Shown here: piece by piece, positions 52,001-63,803 of the stretch | Position numbering within the stretch: position 1 is the first letter of the stretch | Layout of the letters: the number at the start of each line of letters is the position of its first letter | Source: a virus | Taxonomy: Duplodnaviria > Caudoviricetes | IMG/VR virus record: IMGVR_UViG_3300028591_000003 | Span: 112,444 to 176,443 of that record | Length of the DNA: 64,000 nucleotides | Reading direction: 5' to 3' (one strand) | The notes under the pieces: model-generated | The model's database searches: none | Told to the model about the DNA's origin: nothing | What the model saw: only the letters and a program-made list of their open reading frames with translations | Made by a program: the position numbers and the translations under genes

Positions 52001-54563
52001 ACAGCTTAATTGTGGTCCTAAAATGATGTCATTATATGATGCAGGAGTAATGTTAGGAATGTCAGTAAATGAATTAGCTCATTTAATTTTAACAGATACT
52101 GGAATACTTATAAATAAGATTGCTCAAAGTAATATATTTACTGGAAAGCAAGAACAAGGAAGAGTTATTGATGTAATTAGATACTTATAGAGAGCACCTC
52201 AAATTAATCTTACTGATTCTCAGTTAAGTGTTTTATAGCCTTTATTTGAAAAACTCGGAATACTAAAATATACAATAAATCCTAAGACTAAGCAAAAAGA
52301 GTATGAAGAATTAAATAAAACTAGATTAGGAAATATTCTTTTAAATAAATCTCTCAGAGCACAACTTAAAGAAGTATTTAGATTTTTATAGAGTCCTAAT
52401 GAAGAGTATAGTTTATTAGAGTTTAAAAAGAATAGAGTTGTTGATAATATTATATCTTCTCTTTATGGGAGTAAAGAATATAAAGGATTTTCTAATAGAG
52501 CAGAACGCTATTTTAATGAACTTGAATCTTTAGATAAGAGATCTGAAGAATAGGAAAAAACTTATCAAGAATTATTAAAAAAGAAAAATGAAAAAACTCA
52601 AATATTGGAAGAAATAAAACTCTGGGAAAATTATAAAAATGGAATACTTCCAAATGCTTCTATTAAAATAGGAGAAAAGAAAGTTGGTTAGTAGATAAAC
52701 GACTTAGACAATACTTTAAATAATTATACTAAAGATGATTTTAAATCTGAGTTAAAAAGAATTCAAGGTAATATATTTTCTGGAAGATAGTATTTAGGTG
52801 CTATTAAAAATATATATAAATGGTTAAATTATCAAGATATAATTGAAGAAACTGTCAAAGATGAAGAAGGTCAAAAACATAGAGTATTATATCAACTATT
52901 GAAATTAGCTGAAATTGCAGAAGAACAATCTACTTTAAGACCTTTAATGAAACTTAACCAAGGTCTTGAAAATAAAGTAGAAGATTCAATTAAATTTTAT
53001 ACTGATTTTAGTAAAATTATTTCTGATAGAATAGAAATATTAGGAAAAGAGGAAGCTTTAAAAAGAGGTAATACTTCTGAATTATTAGCCAAATTAAAAT
53101 AGATGAATGATGATTTAAGAACATCTGGAGTTATTAATTCTAAAGAATATTATTATATAGATTTACATACATTTTTATATAATCCTGAATATAATAAATT
53201 AGTTAAAGATATCTATGGAAATATAAAATGTACTACTAATATATTTAAAGTCATTGATAGTATTCCTAATTATAGAAAATATTTGAGATTGGCAGATGCT
53301 TGTACTACAATTTCTTATAAAAAATCTAGACACTATAAAATTCTAAAATATATTGAAGATAGAGTTATTCCAGAATTTGGGGTTAGAAAGACCAAATGGT
53401 TGGAACAAATGAGAAAAAATGCTACTTCATATATAAATAGATAGAAAAATAAAGAATTTTTAATATCATAGAATATAGTATTGAAAATTCCTAGTTTTAA
53501 AATTGAAAATGGAAAATTAATCTATTTATCTAATAAACCAGAAACTATTCAATTAGGATTAAATAAAGAAAATGATTTAAAATTTAAACAATATATTGAA
53601 TTTATATTATTTCCTAAATTAAAAAAGAACTATCCTGGTAATGCTTTCTTATCTTATTTAGGATATAGAGTATTTGATTTTAATGATGACCATAACTCTT
53701 CTATCGATTTGTCTAAGATTAAAACTAATAATATGGATAATCCTTCTGATTTAGCTCAATTCAATCTCGCTAAATTAGATATGTTAGAATTAGATAAGGA
53801 AGATATTAAAAAATTGTTTTATTATAATCTTATTGCTTATAATAACTAGTCTGGGTAGTCTTCACTAACAATAATGTTTGATGATATTATTAGAAATAAT
53901 AGTATTGATACTATTGTTGATTATAATAAATTTATAACAGAATGGGATAAATAGCCTATTAGTACTTTAAATATGATTGAAACTATGAAAGCTATTGCTC
54001 CAGTACTTAAATTATATGAAGTAAATCCTGGATTAAGAATTAAATATTTCTATGTTCAGAATCCTGAAGATAAGAAAACATATTTATGTTATAAATTAAC
54101 TAAGCAAAATAATTCTTATGATGAAGATGATCCAAATGAATTTAATAATTATGGATCAGATGAATCAGAGAAAAAAGTTATTAAATCCTTTAGAAAATCT
54201 ATAGAAGATGCTGGATACGGTATATTTGGATTACCTAAATAGGAAATTAAAGGTAAAGAAGTTTAGATGCTAGAATTTGGTAAAAAACATAAATATAAAA
54301 TAAGTAAAACTACTAATTTTGATAATATCCAAATATAGGTTGATGATGATTGGAAAAGTATAGAAGAAATTTTAGATATAGCTGAGAGTAAAGGATTTTC
54401 TATTGGTGATGATGGAGATTTAATTAAAGGTAAATCTGAAAAAGGAATAACTCCAACAAAATTATTTAATGGAAAAGCTAAAGATATTGAAAATAATCTA
54501 AAACTAATTTAGTATAGATTAGATACTATATTAGACGATGATCCAAACGGATGTAAAAAATAA
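43050..54563 (+). CDS. Virion-packaged DNA-dependent RNA polymerase (about 3837 aa, TAG=Gln)
   Basis: Fifteen ORF fragments in one frame. Catalytic-type GSDYDIDK at 50742-50765 preceded by SRTPAQ, plus FDG and TDNAKD motifs. Confidence 0.9.
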
Positions 54564-54565
54564 CA

Positions 54566-55636
54566 ATGAATTATTGTGAAATTAAAAATTCTTAGAAAGG
54601 CCAGACATTAAAGGAAATGTCTGGTCTTTCAGAATTTTCCTCTTATTCTTTTATAAGGGGTTTTGAAGAAGAAAATGGAAGAATGCCTGAATTAGATGAA
54701 ATTCCTGGAGCTAATTCAGAGCCTTATTTAGATAAATAGTTAAAAATAAAATAGATAGGAAATACTAGATATACTACAATTAAAAAACTTTAGGAATTAG
54801 GATTGAATCAATCTATAGAAGAACTTAATCCTAAATTAAATCAAGAATATTCTGACTTAGAAATTCATCTAAATTAGATAGGAGATTCAGTCACTATAGA
54901 AACATTACATCGTCCTTCTGAATATGATGACATTGAAGAATATGAAAGAGATATTGATTTTGATGGAACTACTGAAAGTAATGCTGTAATTTTAGGAAAT
55001 GCTCTTGATAGATTACAAAAATATTATGGAATATCTATGATTCCTATTACTACTCAATAGTTATCTGAAGATCCTCAATTTCAAAATCTTCCAATATTTC
55101 AAGCAGAAGCATTCATATTTAATGGAAATATTTATATAAATACGGATAAAGCTACAATAGACGCTCCTATACACGAATAGCTTCACTTATTTTTAGGTTC
55201 AATTAGATATAATCATCCTAATTTATATTTTCAATTAGTAAGTTCTGTCGAAAATCTTTCAGATTTTTAGGATAGAATTAAACAATATCCAAATAGGACT
55301 ATGTCAGATATTCAAGAAGAAATATTTGTAGAAGAACTTGCTAAATTTTTAGTGAAAGAGCCAAGTGTTTTTGATGAAGTAGATCCTAGTATTATGAATT
55401 TTGTAATGTACAATATTAAAAGAGATATAGATTCAATAGTATTTGGAAAAAGAAGTGTAAAAACACTAGAAGATCCTTTTCAGTATTCTTTACTTTAGTT
55501 AGGACAACAACTAGATTCTAGTAATTTTGAAGTGAATAATCCTGGTATTATAAATGATGCAGCAATTCATAGAATAATGGCTAATACTAAAGAAGAACTA
55601 ATGAAAAATAACGAATTAATTGAAACTTGCTCATGA
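54566..55636 (+). CDS. Zincin-like metalloprotease-domain protein (356 aa, TAG=Gln)
   Basis: APIHE(Q)LH at 55163-55186 with downstream EEIFVE. ATG 54566 to TGA 55634-55636. Confidence 0.8.
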
Positions 55637-58600
55637 CTTGTAGATATGAATATAATGGACTTACTTTTGAGTCCGAATTAGAATTAGACCATTATTTACT
55701 TTTTAATAAGAATACTAGTAAAAATATATTTGGAGATGCGGTCTTTAAACTATCCCCAGAAAATGATAAAGATGAAAAAATAGAATGGGGAAGTGATGAA
55801 TAGAAAATAATAGGTAAAAAACTTAAGGATAGTTCTAATGAATATAATAGAGCTGTAGGAACTAAGCAAGTTACTGATTCTAAGGGGGAAGAAGGAGAAC
55901 CTTCTGATTTAGACAATGTAAGAGCTAGAGGAAGATATAAATCTATTACTGATATAATTCATAATTTATGGTCTCCTAAAAATGGTGAATTACATCGAGT
56001 TTTTCCTGAATTTGAACCAGATAATTATTGGAATGGAACTCCTGCTAATCCTGTTGGTCAACTACAATTATATAGAGAAGGACGATTTGATCATGAAAAT
56101 GTAATAGATTAGATTCCCTTTGTATAGGATTTATTAACTCCACAAGGAGACTCTTTTGCTCCTGTTACTGATGAAACTACTCTTCGAAAAATTCGTGAAA
56201 GAATGGAACTTGTTTGGAAACAACAAGCCTTATGTGGAGATTTAGTACATAATTTAATGTCTGACTTCTTTAAAGCAAAAACTGAAGACGGAAGACGTTT
56301 TATTAATTTAAAAGGACAAGAACTTGTAAAAGAACTTGAAAAGAAAATTCAAGAATCTTTTTATAATGAAACTAGAAAATTTTGCAATCGAGAAATAGTA
56401 AAAACTACTGCTGAAGCAGCTGAAAAACTATTATCTGAAATTAGAAAGGATGAAAATTATGGACCAGATTGTATAATTTATTCTGAAAAATCATTATTAG
56501 GACAAGGATATTCTGGAGAAACTGATACTTTTCCAGTTGTTGGTAGAATTGACTTATTAGTAGTATCTAAAACTGGAAAAATGGGAGTACTAGATTTTAA
56601 ATGTTCTCCTAAAGAATATTCAGAATTTAATGAAGAGAAAGATAAAACTAAATATGATCCAGCTAAAATATTAACTTTTAAATACCAACTAGCTGCTTAT
56701 AGAAGATTACTTCAAAATATCACTGGAAGTGATAAACAAATTGATTTATCTGTTATTCCATTAAAATTTGAGAATTTCAGATGGGATAAAAATAAAGTAG
56801 CTTTTGATTCTATATCATTTATTAGGGATCAACCTATACAAAAATTATCTAATTCTACCGGAGGAGATAATTTATCTAATACAATAGAAAATAATCTTGA
56901 TTAGATTTTTCCAAGAAATAGAGCTTCTCAAAATATAGTAACTGGAAAATTATTAGTAAAAGTAGCTGAAAATACTAAAAAAATATTTAAAGTTAAAAAT
57001 GCTAATAAAACATTATCTGATGAAGAAATTAAAGAATTAATTAAAGAAAAAGGTGGAATAAAAAAGAATAAAATTACCCAAAAATGGGAATTTAAAGAGG
57101 ATAATAAAACAATATATAGTGAATCAGGAAATAAAACTAAAGAAGAAGCTGAAATAGCTATATTTAATAAAATAAAAACTTAGCATGAATATAGAGATAA
57201 TTATGTTTAGAATACTACTGAAAGTTTAAGAAAAGATATTAAAGAATATGAAGAAACTGGAAAAGAACCAGACTTTCAAAAAAAATATTCAACAAAAAAA
57301 TCTAATAATTAGAAGGATCCTATTTGGATTCAAAAGAAATTTAAAAAATATTTAAATCAAAATAGATGGAAATTAATTTCAGATGCTAATTTTAATCCAA
57401 TATTTGATGAATTAGGTATTTTAATGTTTGAAAATCAAGTAACTCACTTAGTAGATGTTATAAAAATTTCTGATTATTATGATCCTACTTAGAAAATAAG
57501 ATTTGCTACAAAAGATAGAACTACTATATTAGGATCTTTTTTGCCTGATTCTGTAATTTAGTCTGATAGTAACAACCAAGTACTTGAAGGACGTGGAGGT
57601 AACATGGAATTAATGGAAACTATGATTACTTTAAATGAAATTTCTGGATTCTTTAATGATAAAGGTGTTGGAAATATTGAAGTAATAAGTCCCAGAGCAC
57701 AAAAAGGATTAACTGCTACAAACGAACAATTACTTTATAATTTTAAAAGACTTTGTGAATTAGGAAAAATAAAAAATAATTTTAGGATTTCTAACCAAGA
57801 AGGAACTATTAAAATGGTTGACAGAATTAGTAGTTGTAGAGAATTATTTAGTGAAATCTAGTAGACAGCTTATGATGAAGGTGGATTAGGAAAAATTGCT
57901 AAAACAATGAAAGATAAAATTATATCTTGTATTAGTGATTTTGACTCATTTGGAGAAAATCCAAATATATTAAGACAAAAATTAATAGATTTGGATAAAT
58001 AGTTAACGGGAAATGGAAATGATTTTGAAGGATACCAAAATTTAAATAGAGAAACTTCTGAAATTCCTGACGAAAACGATAATCCAGAATATCTTTTACA
58101 TAGACAAATTCTTTACGCTATATCTCAATTATCTGGAGTAAATTTATTATAGCAAATCGAAGATCATGCTCAATTACAATTAGTGTCTGAAGGAATTCAA
58201 TTTAAAGGAATATATGGAAATATTACAGATAATCCTGGAACAATGCAAAGTAGAACTCTTAACACATTTACTGATTAGGTAACAATAGCATATCAAAATA
58301 CTAGGGATAATATTATAGCTTTTAATTAGGAACTAAGGAAACGTGTAGAAGCTCTTAAAAAAGCTAAAGGATTTGGGCTAATTCAATAGTATGGAATTGG
58401 AAACCAAGTGGAATCTTTATATAAGGATATGTATGATAAAGAAGAATAGGATGATTTATTATTTTTAAATCCATGGGATAATTCTACTGAACTTACTGAT
58501 GAGGAAAGAGATTTTCTTAAATTTGCTTTGCTTAAAATTAACGATAACAGATTTAAAGATTTCGATCCGTCTAGAATAGAAGAGGAAATTAAATTGGACC

Positions 58601-60687
58601 CTAAAAAATATCTAAGGGTTCCTCTGGTTAAAGGGGATTTATCTTCTGAAGTAGCAGTAAGAGATGGATGGTTAAATTTTATCAGAGCAAGATTTGCTAT
58701 GTTATCTCCTAAAAAACTATTTGCTCGTCTAAAGGAGAGATATGATAAAGAAGCTAACGGAATGTGGAGTTAGGAAAAATATTAGGCTGAAGTATTAGAT
58801 AGAGGACAATTTTGGCAAGCTCTTAATGATTTTGATGCTACCGAATCCGATGAAGAATATAGATTAGAACTTTTAGGGGATGAAAATCTAGGCGGAAAAG
58901 CGTATTTCGAACATAACCTTGAAACATTATTATTAAAACATACTTCTGCATACAAAATGGCAGAAGAATTAAATAATATATTTCCTGTTCTTAGAGCTTT
59001 AACTCTCCATTTAAATCTTCAGGGTTCTATTTTAAATGAATCCTTTCAACATGATATGGAATATATTCTTAATTATGTAAAAAATAGAATTCATAATAGA
59101 AGTATTGAAAATAGAGAAAATGTTGTTGAAGCTGTAAGTGCTGATGTTATAAAGAAAATGATGTCAACTGCTTCCAAATTATCATTAGCATTTAATCCAA
59201 AACAATGGTATCAATTTATTGATGGATTATGGAAAGATATAACTTTATTTTTTAAATATTATAATGATGATGATAATCCATTTACTAAGGAAGGATTAAT
59301 TAAAGGTTGGAAAAAGGTTATTACTGAAGATTTAGCTCATTTAGGTAATAATTTTACTATGTCAGAATTATTAAATCAACAATATGGATTTAATGATATG
59401 GATACTAATAGTTATATAGATAGAATTAGAACTGATAATACTGGATTATTGTATCATTTCTGGAATGTAGGATTTAGATTTGCATCTAGACCTGACTTTT
59501 ATAATAGAATGACTCTTTTTTATGCTCAAATGTATAAAGATGGAAGTTTAGATGCTCATAAAATAGTTGATGGCAAATTAGTTTATGATTGGACTTAGGA
59601 TAAAAGATTTAACATATTTGCTAAATATAAAGGAAAAGACTCTGATGTCCCTGCTTCAGAAATGAAAAAATATTTAGAATAGAAATCAATGTATATAACT
59701 TTAGCTAGACAATTAGTTCAAGAAGGTACGGAATATTCTGATAAAAATTTATTTGAATTAGATTTGAATAATCCAAAACCTCTTCCTAAAGCTTATTCTA
59801 ATAGAGATTCTGAAAGTTTTAAAGCTGTTTCAGATAGAATTTATGGATACTATTCACATGAAAAAAGGTCTATGATTCATTCGTATCATGTGGGTTCTTT
59901 ATTTATGCAAATGAATACTTATTGGTCTGCTAAAAAGAATCAGTATGCTCAAGTTCGTTCATATACTTAGGAAGGAAAATGGGAAGATTATACTGAAATT
60001 GGAGCTAATAATGAAGAAATTAAATACTGTTGGGCTGAAGATGAAGATGGTAATTTAATTCCAAAAAGAATTGAAAAACCGGAAGATGATACTCATGTTC
60101 CAGTAAAAGTATGGAAAGGAAGGCCTCAAGAAGGTATTTTTGTTACTGCGTGTGAATTAATATCAGCAATTAGGGGAAAATCAGAATTAACTTCTGAATC
60201 TGGTTTAAGTGCTGCTTGGAATATTTTATATGGAAATAATCCTAATATAGATCCAGAAATAAGAAGGCTTTATTAGGCTAATATACATTAGTTAATCGCT
60301 GATTTATTAATTTGGTTATTAGTAGGAAATCTTATGATAGGCTCTCTGTAGGAACAAGTTAAAGAACATATTAAAACTACAGGAAATACTAAATTAAGTA
60401 ATGCTTTAGAAAACACCTTTATGAGTTTGGGAACTAATATATTAGAAATGTCTACAACAGATGCTAATTTCAAAGAATCTATTTTTGGTAGAGGACGAGA
60501 TTGGACACCTTTTGCTATAAAATCTACAGATAGATTATCTTAGAATATAGTAAGATTAGGTACAGGTAATCAAGATTTAGTTGATTTTATAGTAAAATCT
60601 TTCGGTGCTGCTAAAAATACTCAACCTTTATGGGATTATGTAAAATTAGAAACGACTGGAAGAAAAATAGGTCAAAAACCAGAATAA
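55633..60687 (+). CDS. Large virion protein with PD-(D/E)xK nuclease-like domain (about 1684 aa, TAG=Gln)
   Basis: GDLVH...SEK...GRIDLLVV...VLDFK...YQLAAY. Five ORF fragments share the frame. Confidence 0.82.
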
Positions 60688-60725
60688 AAAAATAATCTCA
60701 ACTGAACAATATAACTTAAAAAAAT

Positions 60726-60766
60726 AAGGGCTAACCAAGGAGATTAAACTCCCTGATTAGCCCTTT
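60726..60766. terminator. Probable bidirectional terminator at the convergence of the two gene blocks
   Basis: AAGGGCTAA...TTAGCCCTT arms with inner GGAG/CTCC, flanked by A-rich and T-rich sequence. Confidence 0.8.
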
Positions 60767-60810
60767 AATATTATATTTCTTTTCTAAAATTATCTGCAAC
60801 ATCTAAAAAT

Positions 60811-61074
60811 TTACTTTCTTCCATATAATGATTCGTATATATTCTTTAGTTGCCATTCTTCTAATTCAGATAAATCAAATTCTTCAGAACAACCTTCTAG
60901 CATATAACCTATTTCTCCAGATGAAGGTTCTTGCCAAATTTGAATAATATGAAGTTTTTCTAAATCAGAAAGTCCTTGATCTTTATTTGTTTCAAGAATA
61001 ATATCTACATTCAATTTATTTTCGGAATTCGTGTCCATTAAAATTCCAGAAATTTTATTCCAGTAATTTTCCAT
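60811..61074 (-). CDS. Hypothetical protein
   Basis: 87-aa ORF with TAA stop and no TAG. Confidence 0.7.
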   Translation of the reverse strand: MENYWNKISGILMDTNSENKLNVDIILETNKDQGLSDLEKLHIIQIWQEPSSGEIGYMLEGCSEEFDLSELEEWQLKNIYESLYGRK

Positions 61075-61169
61075 AAAATTTTAATTTTAAGATAGTTTTT
61101 AAAGTCTACAATCGATTTTTATAGTAAAAATGATTAACTATCAGTCTAAATTTTTTTAAAAGATTCTAG

Positions 61170-61214
61170 AAAAAAATAAGCCCGAAACTATCAATTAAGA
61201 TAATTCCGGGCTTT
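61170..61214 (-). terminator. Rho-independent terminator
   Basis: AAGCCCG...CGGGCTT arms with a T-run on the minus strand, just after the 61217 stop. Confidence 0.75.
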
Positions 61215-61216
61215 GT

Positions 61217-61603
61217 TTATTTATTTGCTCTACCTGCTTCAAGTACGGGTAGACCTGTTTCAGTTGGAATGTATATAATTTTAGTATTATCTGAAGATAG
61301 ATTTTGTTGTCTTACCCAAAGATATTGAATATAAGTAGGAGTTACAGCTCCGTTTTCAATTTTAATAGCTTCTGCCGCACCTTTAGCTCTTTCAATTTCT
61401 GCCTGAGCATTTAATTTTTCTGCTTCAAGATTAGCTTTAGCTTCTTCAATTCTAATCTTTCTATTTTGCTCTGCTTTAGCAAATTCAGCTTTACCACTCA
61501 TTTCTTGTTGCCATACACTATAATACGGACAACCTACAAATCCTCCTAAGAGTAAAAAGACTGCACAACAGATACTTCCGAAATAAATTCCAATTTTATT
61601 CAT
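61217..61603 (-). CDS. Membrane-anchored coiled-coil protein (SPFH/HflC-like fragment)
   Basis: N-terminal TM helix, AE-rich coil, YIQYLW...IIYIPTE-GLP tail. Confidence 0.75.
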   Translation of the reverse strand: MNKIGIYFGSICCAVFLLLGGFVGCPYYSVWQQEMSGKAEFAKAEQNRKIRIEEAKANLEAEKLNAQAEIERAKGAAEAIKIENGAVTPTYIQYLWVRQQNLSSDNTKIIYIPTETGLPVLEAGRANK

Positions 61604-62180
61604 AATAATTTTTAATTAAATTAATAACATTAACATTAACATATTTACTAATATCTTCTCCGCTTTTTACTTTATTTCTAATTTTTGTAGACGAAATAGA
61701 ATTTTTAGGTCTATCTACTATTAGAAAATTATAATTTTGAATTATTGCTTCGCCATTCATCCAATTTGGAATATCCTTAATAGTATCTTCTCCACATAAA
61801 ACAAATATTTCATCATTACAATATTTATTCTTTAAAGCATGAAGAGTAGCATAACTATAATAAGGAGGAATAAGTTCTTTTTCTATTTCTGATACTCTAA
61901 TATTTGATAAGGTTTCTAGAAACCATTTACAAAATTTTAAGTCTGGATTTTCATAATCAAAATCAGGATCGCCTTTTTCAAACATATAATCACAAATAGA
62001 TTTTATTATAATTTCAATTCTTTTATCAATATCAAGAACTTTCTCTTTTTTCCAAGGATTTTGCATTGTTGGAACAATAACTACTTTATCCATTTTAAAG
62101 TCATTCAAAGCAGTTTTAACTACTTCTAAATGACCATTATGAAATGGATTAAATGAGCCAAGATATAATGCGATTTTCAT
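61596..62180 (-). CDS. nadD: Nicotinate/nicotinamide mononucleotide adenylyltransferase
   Basis: GSFNPFHNGH, GED...W and ISSTKIR motifs. Confidence 0.92.
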   Translation of the reverse strand: MKIALYLGSFNPFHNGHLEVVKTALNDFKMDKVVIVPTMQNPWKKEKVLDIDKRIEIIIKSICDYMFEKGDPDFDYENPDLKFCKWFLETLSNIRVSEIEKELIPPYYSYATLHALKNKYCNDEIFVLCGEDTIKDIPNWMNGEAIIQNYNFLIVDRPKNSISSTKIRNKVKSGEDISKYVNVNVINLIKNYYE

Positions 62181-62368
62181 CGTTTAATAGGAGTTAAGAA
62201 AATAGTTTCATCACAATCTGGACAAACAATATATTTTCTTATTTCTCCATCTGTTAAAATAGTATCTTGAACTTCTACTTCTTTAATATCTTCTTGCTCA
62301 TATTGTAATTTAGCTTTACAATTAGGACAAGTAATTTTCCTTATACCATGTTCTAATACTTTAATCAT
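62177..62368 (-). CDS. Small zinc-ribbon protein
   Basis: CPNC...CPDC. Confidence 0.75.
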   Translation of the reverse strand: MIKVLEHGIRKITCPNCKAKLQYEQEDIKEVEVQDTILTDGEIRKYIVCPDCDETIFLTPIKR

Positions 62369-62489
62369 TTCTTATAAACCTATTAAAAAGTTCCTCGAAT
62401 CCTGGGGGTAAATCACATTTTCCTTCAGCAATTCTCTTTTTTCTATTTATTTCAGCCATTATTTGCTGAAACTCTTCATATCCTGTCAT
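62361..62489 (-). CDS. Small hypothetical protein (42 aa)
   Basis: MTGYEEFQQIMAEINRKKRIAEGKCDLPPGFEELFNRFIRND-TAA, fills the gap and overlaps the next start. Confidence 0.55.
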   Translation of the reverse strand: MTGYEEFQQIMAEINRKKRIAEGKCDLPPGFEELFNRFIRND

Positions 62490-62564
62490 ATTAATTAAAT
62501 TTAATTTGTGATACTATTATAATAACTGATCCTATAAATATCCCAAATATTATCCAAGGTACAT

Positions 62565-63431
62565 TTAACATAATCCTAGTTCTTCTTTAGTTGGTTTAAT
62601 AGGTAATTCTTTTCTTTTATAGTTAGTATTCTGATGGAGCATCATTACTTTATCAACTCCTTGTTCATTGTAAGAATCAATAAGTCGAATAAATTCATTA
62701 GAATTAGCCATTCCGTTTTCATCCAATTTTGGATAATACATAGTTTTTAGAACATCATCAACTTGCTCATAGTTATCTAATCCAAATTGATCACAATCTG
62801 AATTAGAAATTCCATTACCATCTGTTGGAATAAGTTTAATAGATTCTATTATTACATTAGATTCTTTTAACTTATTTTGAGCTGCATAGTTAGTTACTAA
62901 ATATTTAGCTAATTCATATATTTCAGTTTTCCAAAGATAATGTAGACCTAAGTTAATATCCATAGGAGAATCCCCTCCAACTGTCCAGAAACCTAAATTC
63001 CATTCAGTAAAGTTGTCATTATCAAGAACTACTCCTTTATGAATTGATGCAAGATGTCTAAGATAAATCATACGAAGTCTAGCTTTAATATTACCTTCTT
63101 GTAATGGAGTAATACGTCCTTCATTTAACGCTAAATCAGAAAAAACAAAATTAAAACTATTCTCAATAGGAACTTCCTTAAAATCATTACAGAAAGCTTC
63201 TCCTACTTTAAAGGCTGTAGTAGTTTCACCTATTTTATTACTAGTAGTTGGTAAACTTCTACCTATTAAAGGAATGTTAAGTTCTTTACATACTGGAGAA
63301 GCAATAGCACAACTAACTGTGCTATCAATTCCACCAGAAACTCCTATTATAATACTTTGTAAATGGTTATCCTTTATATATTGAGATAACCATTTACGAG
63401 AATTTTCTATAAATTTACTATAATCAATCAT
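62565..63431 (-). CDS. nadE: NH3-dependent NAD+ synthetase
   Basis: GVSGGIDS, GNIKARLRM, GFWTVGGD, KTEIYELA and PTDG motifs, with no glutaminase domain. Confidence 0.93.
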   Translation of the reverse strand: MIDYSKFIENSRKWLSQYIKDNHLQSIIIGVSGGIDSTVSCAIASPVCKELNIPLIGRSLPTTSNKIGETTTAFKVGEAFCNDFKEVPIENSFNFVFSDLALNEGRITPLQEGNIKARLRMIYLRHLASIHKGVVLDNDNFTEWNLGFWTVGGDSPMDINLGLHYLWKTEIYELAKYLVTNYAAQNKLKESNVIIESIKLIPTDGNGISNSDCDQFGLDNYEQVDDVLKTMYYPKLDENGMANSNEFIRLIDSYNEQGVDKVMMLHQNTNYKRKELPIKPTKEELGLC

Positions 63432-63682
63432 AATAATTTACCTACAGTTAAACATTGATTGTCAAACTTTTTATAAGCATCAAGATACCAACGATTTTTA
63501 TCTCCATCATAAGTCATTTCATAATACATCCCATCAGGAAGAGTAGTACTTATAAGATATTTCCAATTTTGAAGAATCTTACATTTCCATACAGTAAATA
63601 CTTCAAATTGAGGAATTTCATCTGACTTATCAAGGTGTGATAAGACATAATCTGTTACTAATTTAATCGCTGTTTTATCCAT
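63428..63682 (-). CDS. Conserved small phage protein (DUF6275-like)
   Basis: VWKCKILQNWKYLISTTLPDGMYYEMTYDGDK...YLDAYKK. Confidence 0.75.
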   Translation of the reverse strand: MDKTAIKLVTDYVLSHLDKSDEIPQFEVFTVWKCKILQNWKYLISTTLPDGMYYEMTYDGDKNRWYLDAYKKFDNQCLTVGKLL

Positions 63683-63803
63683 TATTCCAATGTAGTCTTA
63701 TATAATCATACATATTGATCTTTTGTTGTTCATAAACTCCTAATTTAGTATATTTTCTAAATAAACTAAATACTTTGTCTAATTCTTTATCACTTGGTAT
63801 CAT
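63675..63803 (-). CDS. Small hypothetical protein (42 aa)
   Basis: MIPSDKELDKVFSLFRKY...HWNNG-TAA, overlapping both neighbours. Confidence 0.5.
   Translation of the reverse strand: MIPSDKELDKVFSLFRKYTKLGVYEQQKINMYDYIRLHWNNG

Noticed and set aside
11554-60473. Other short minus-strand ORFs in the track (e.g. 16754, 23087, 28595, 45527, 55692)
   Set aside because: All lie antisense to long recoded + strand genes and have shadow-like composition.
1-60687. Mass pseudogenisation or sequencing error as the cause of fragmented ORFs
   Set aside because: In the regions translated the interruptions are all TAG, frames are preserved, and TAG occupies conserved Gln positions, which indicates recoding.
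61574-61603. N-terminus MNKIGIYFGS resembles a NadD start (KIxxYxGS)
   Set aside because: Only about 8 residues, no HxGH motif, and it runs into a TM helix, so it is probably coincidence.
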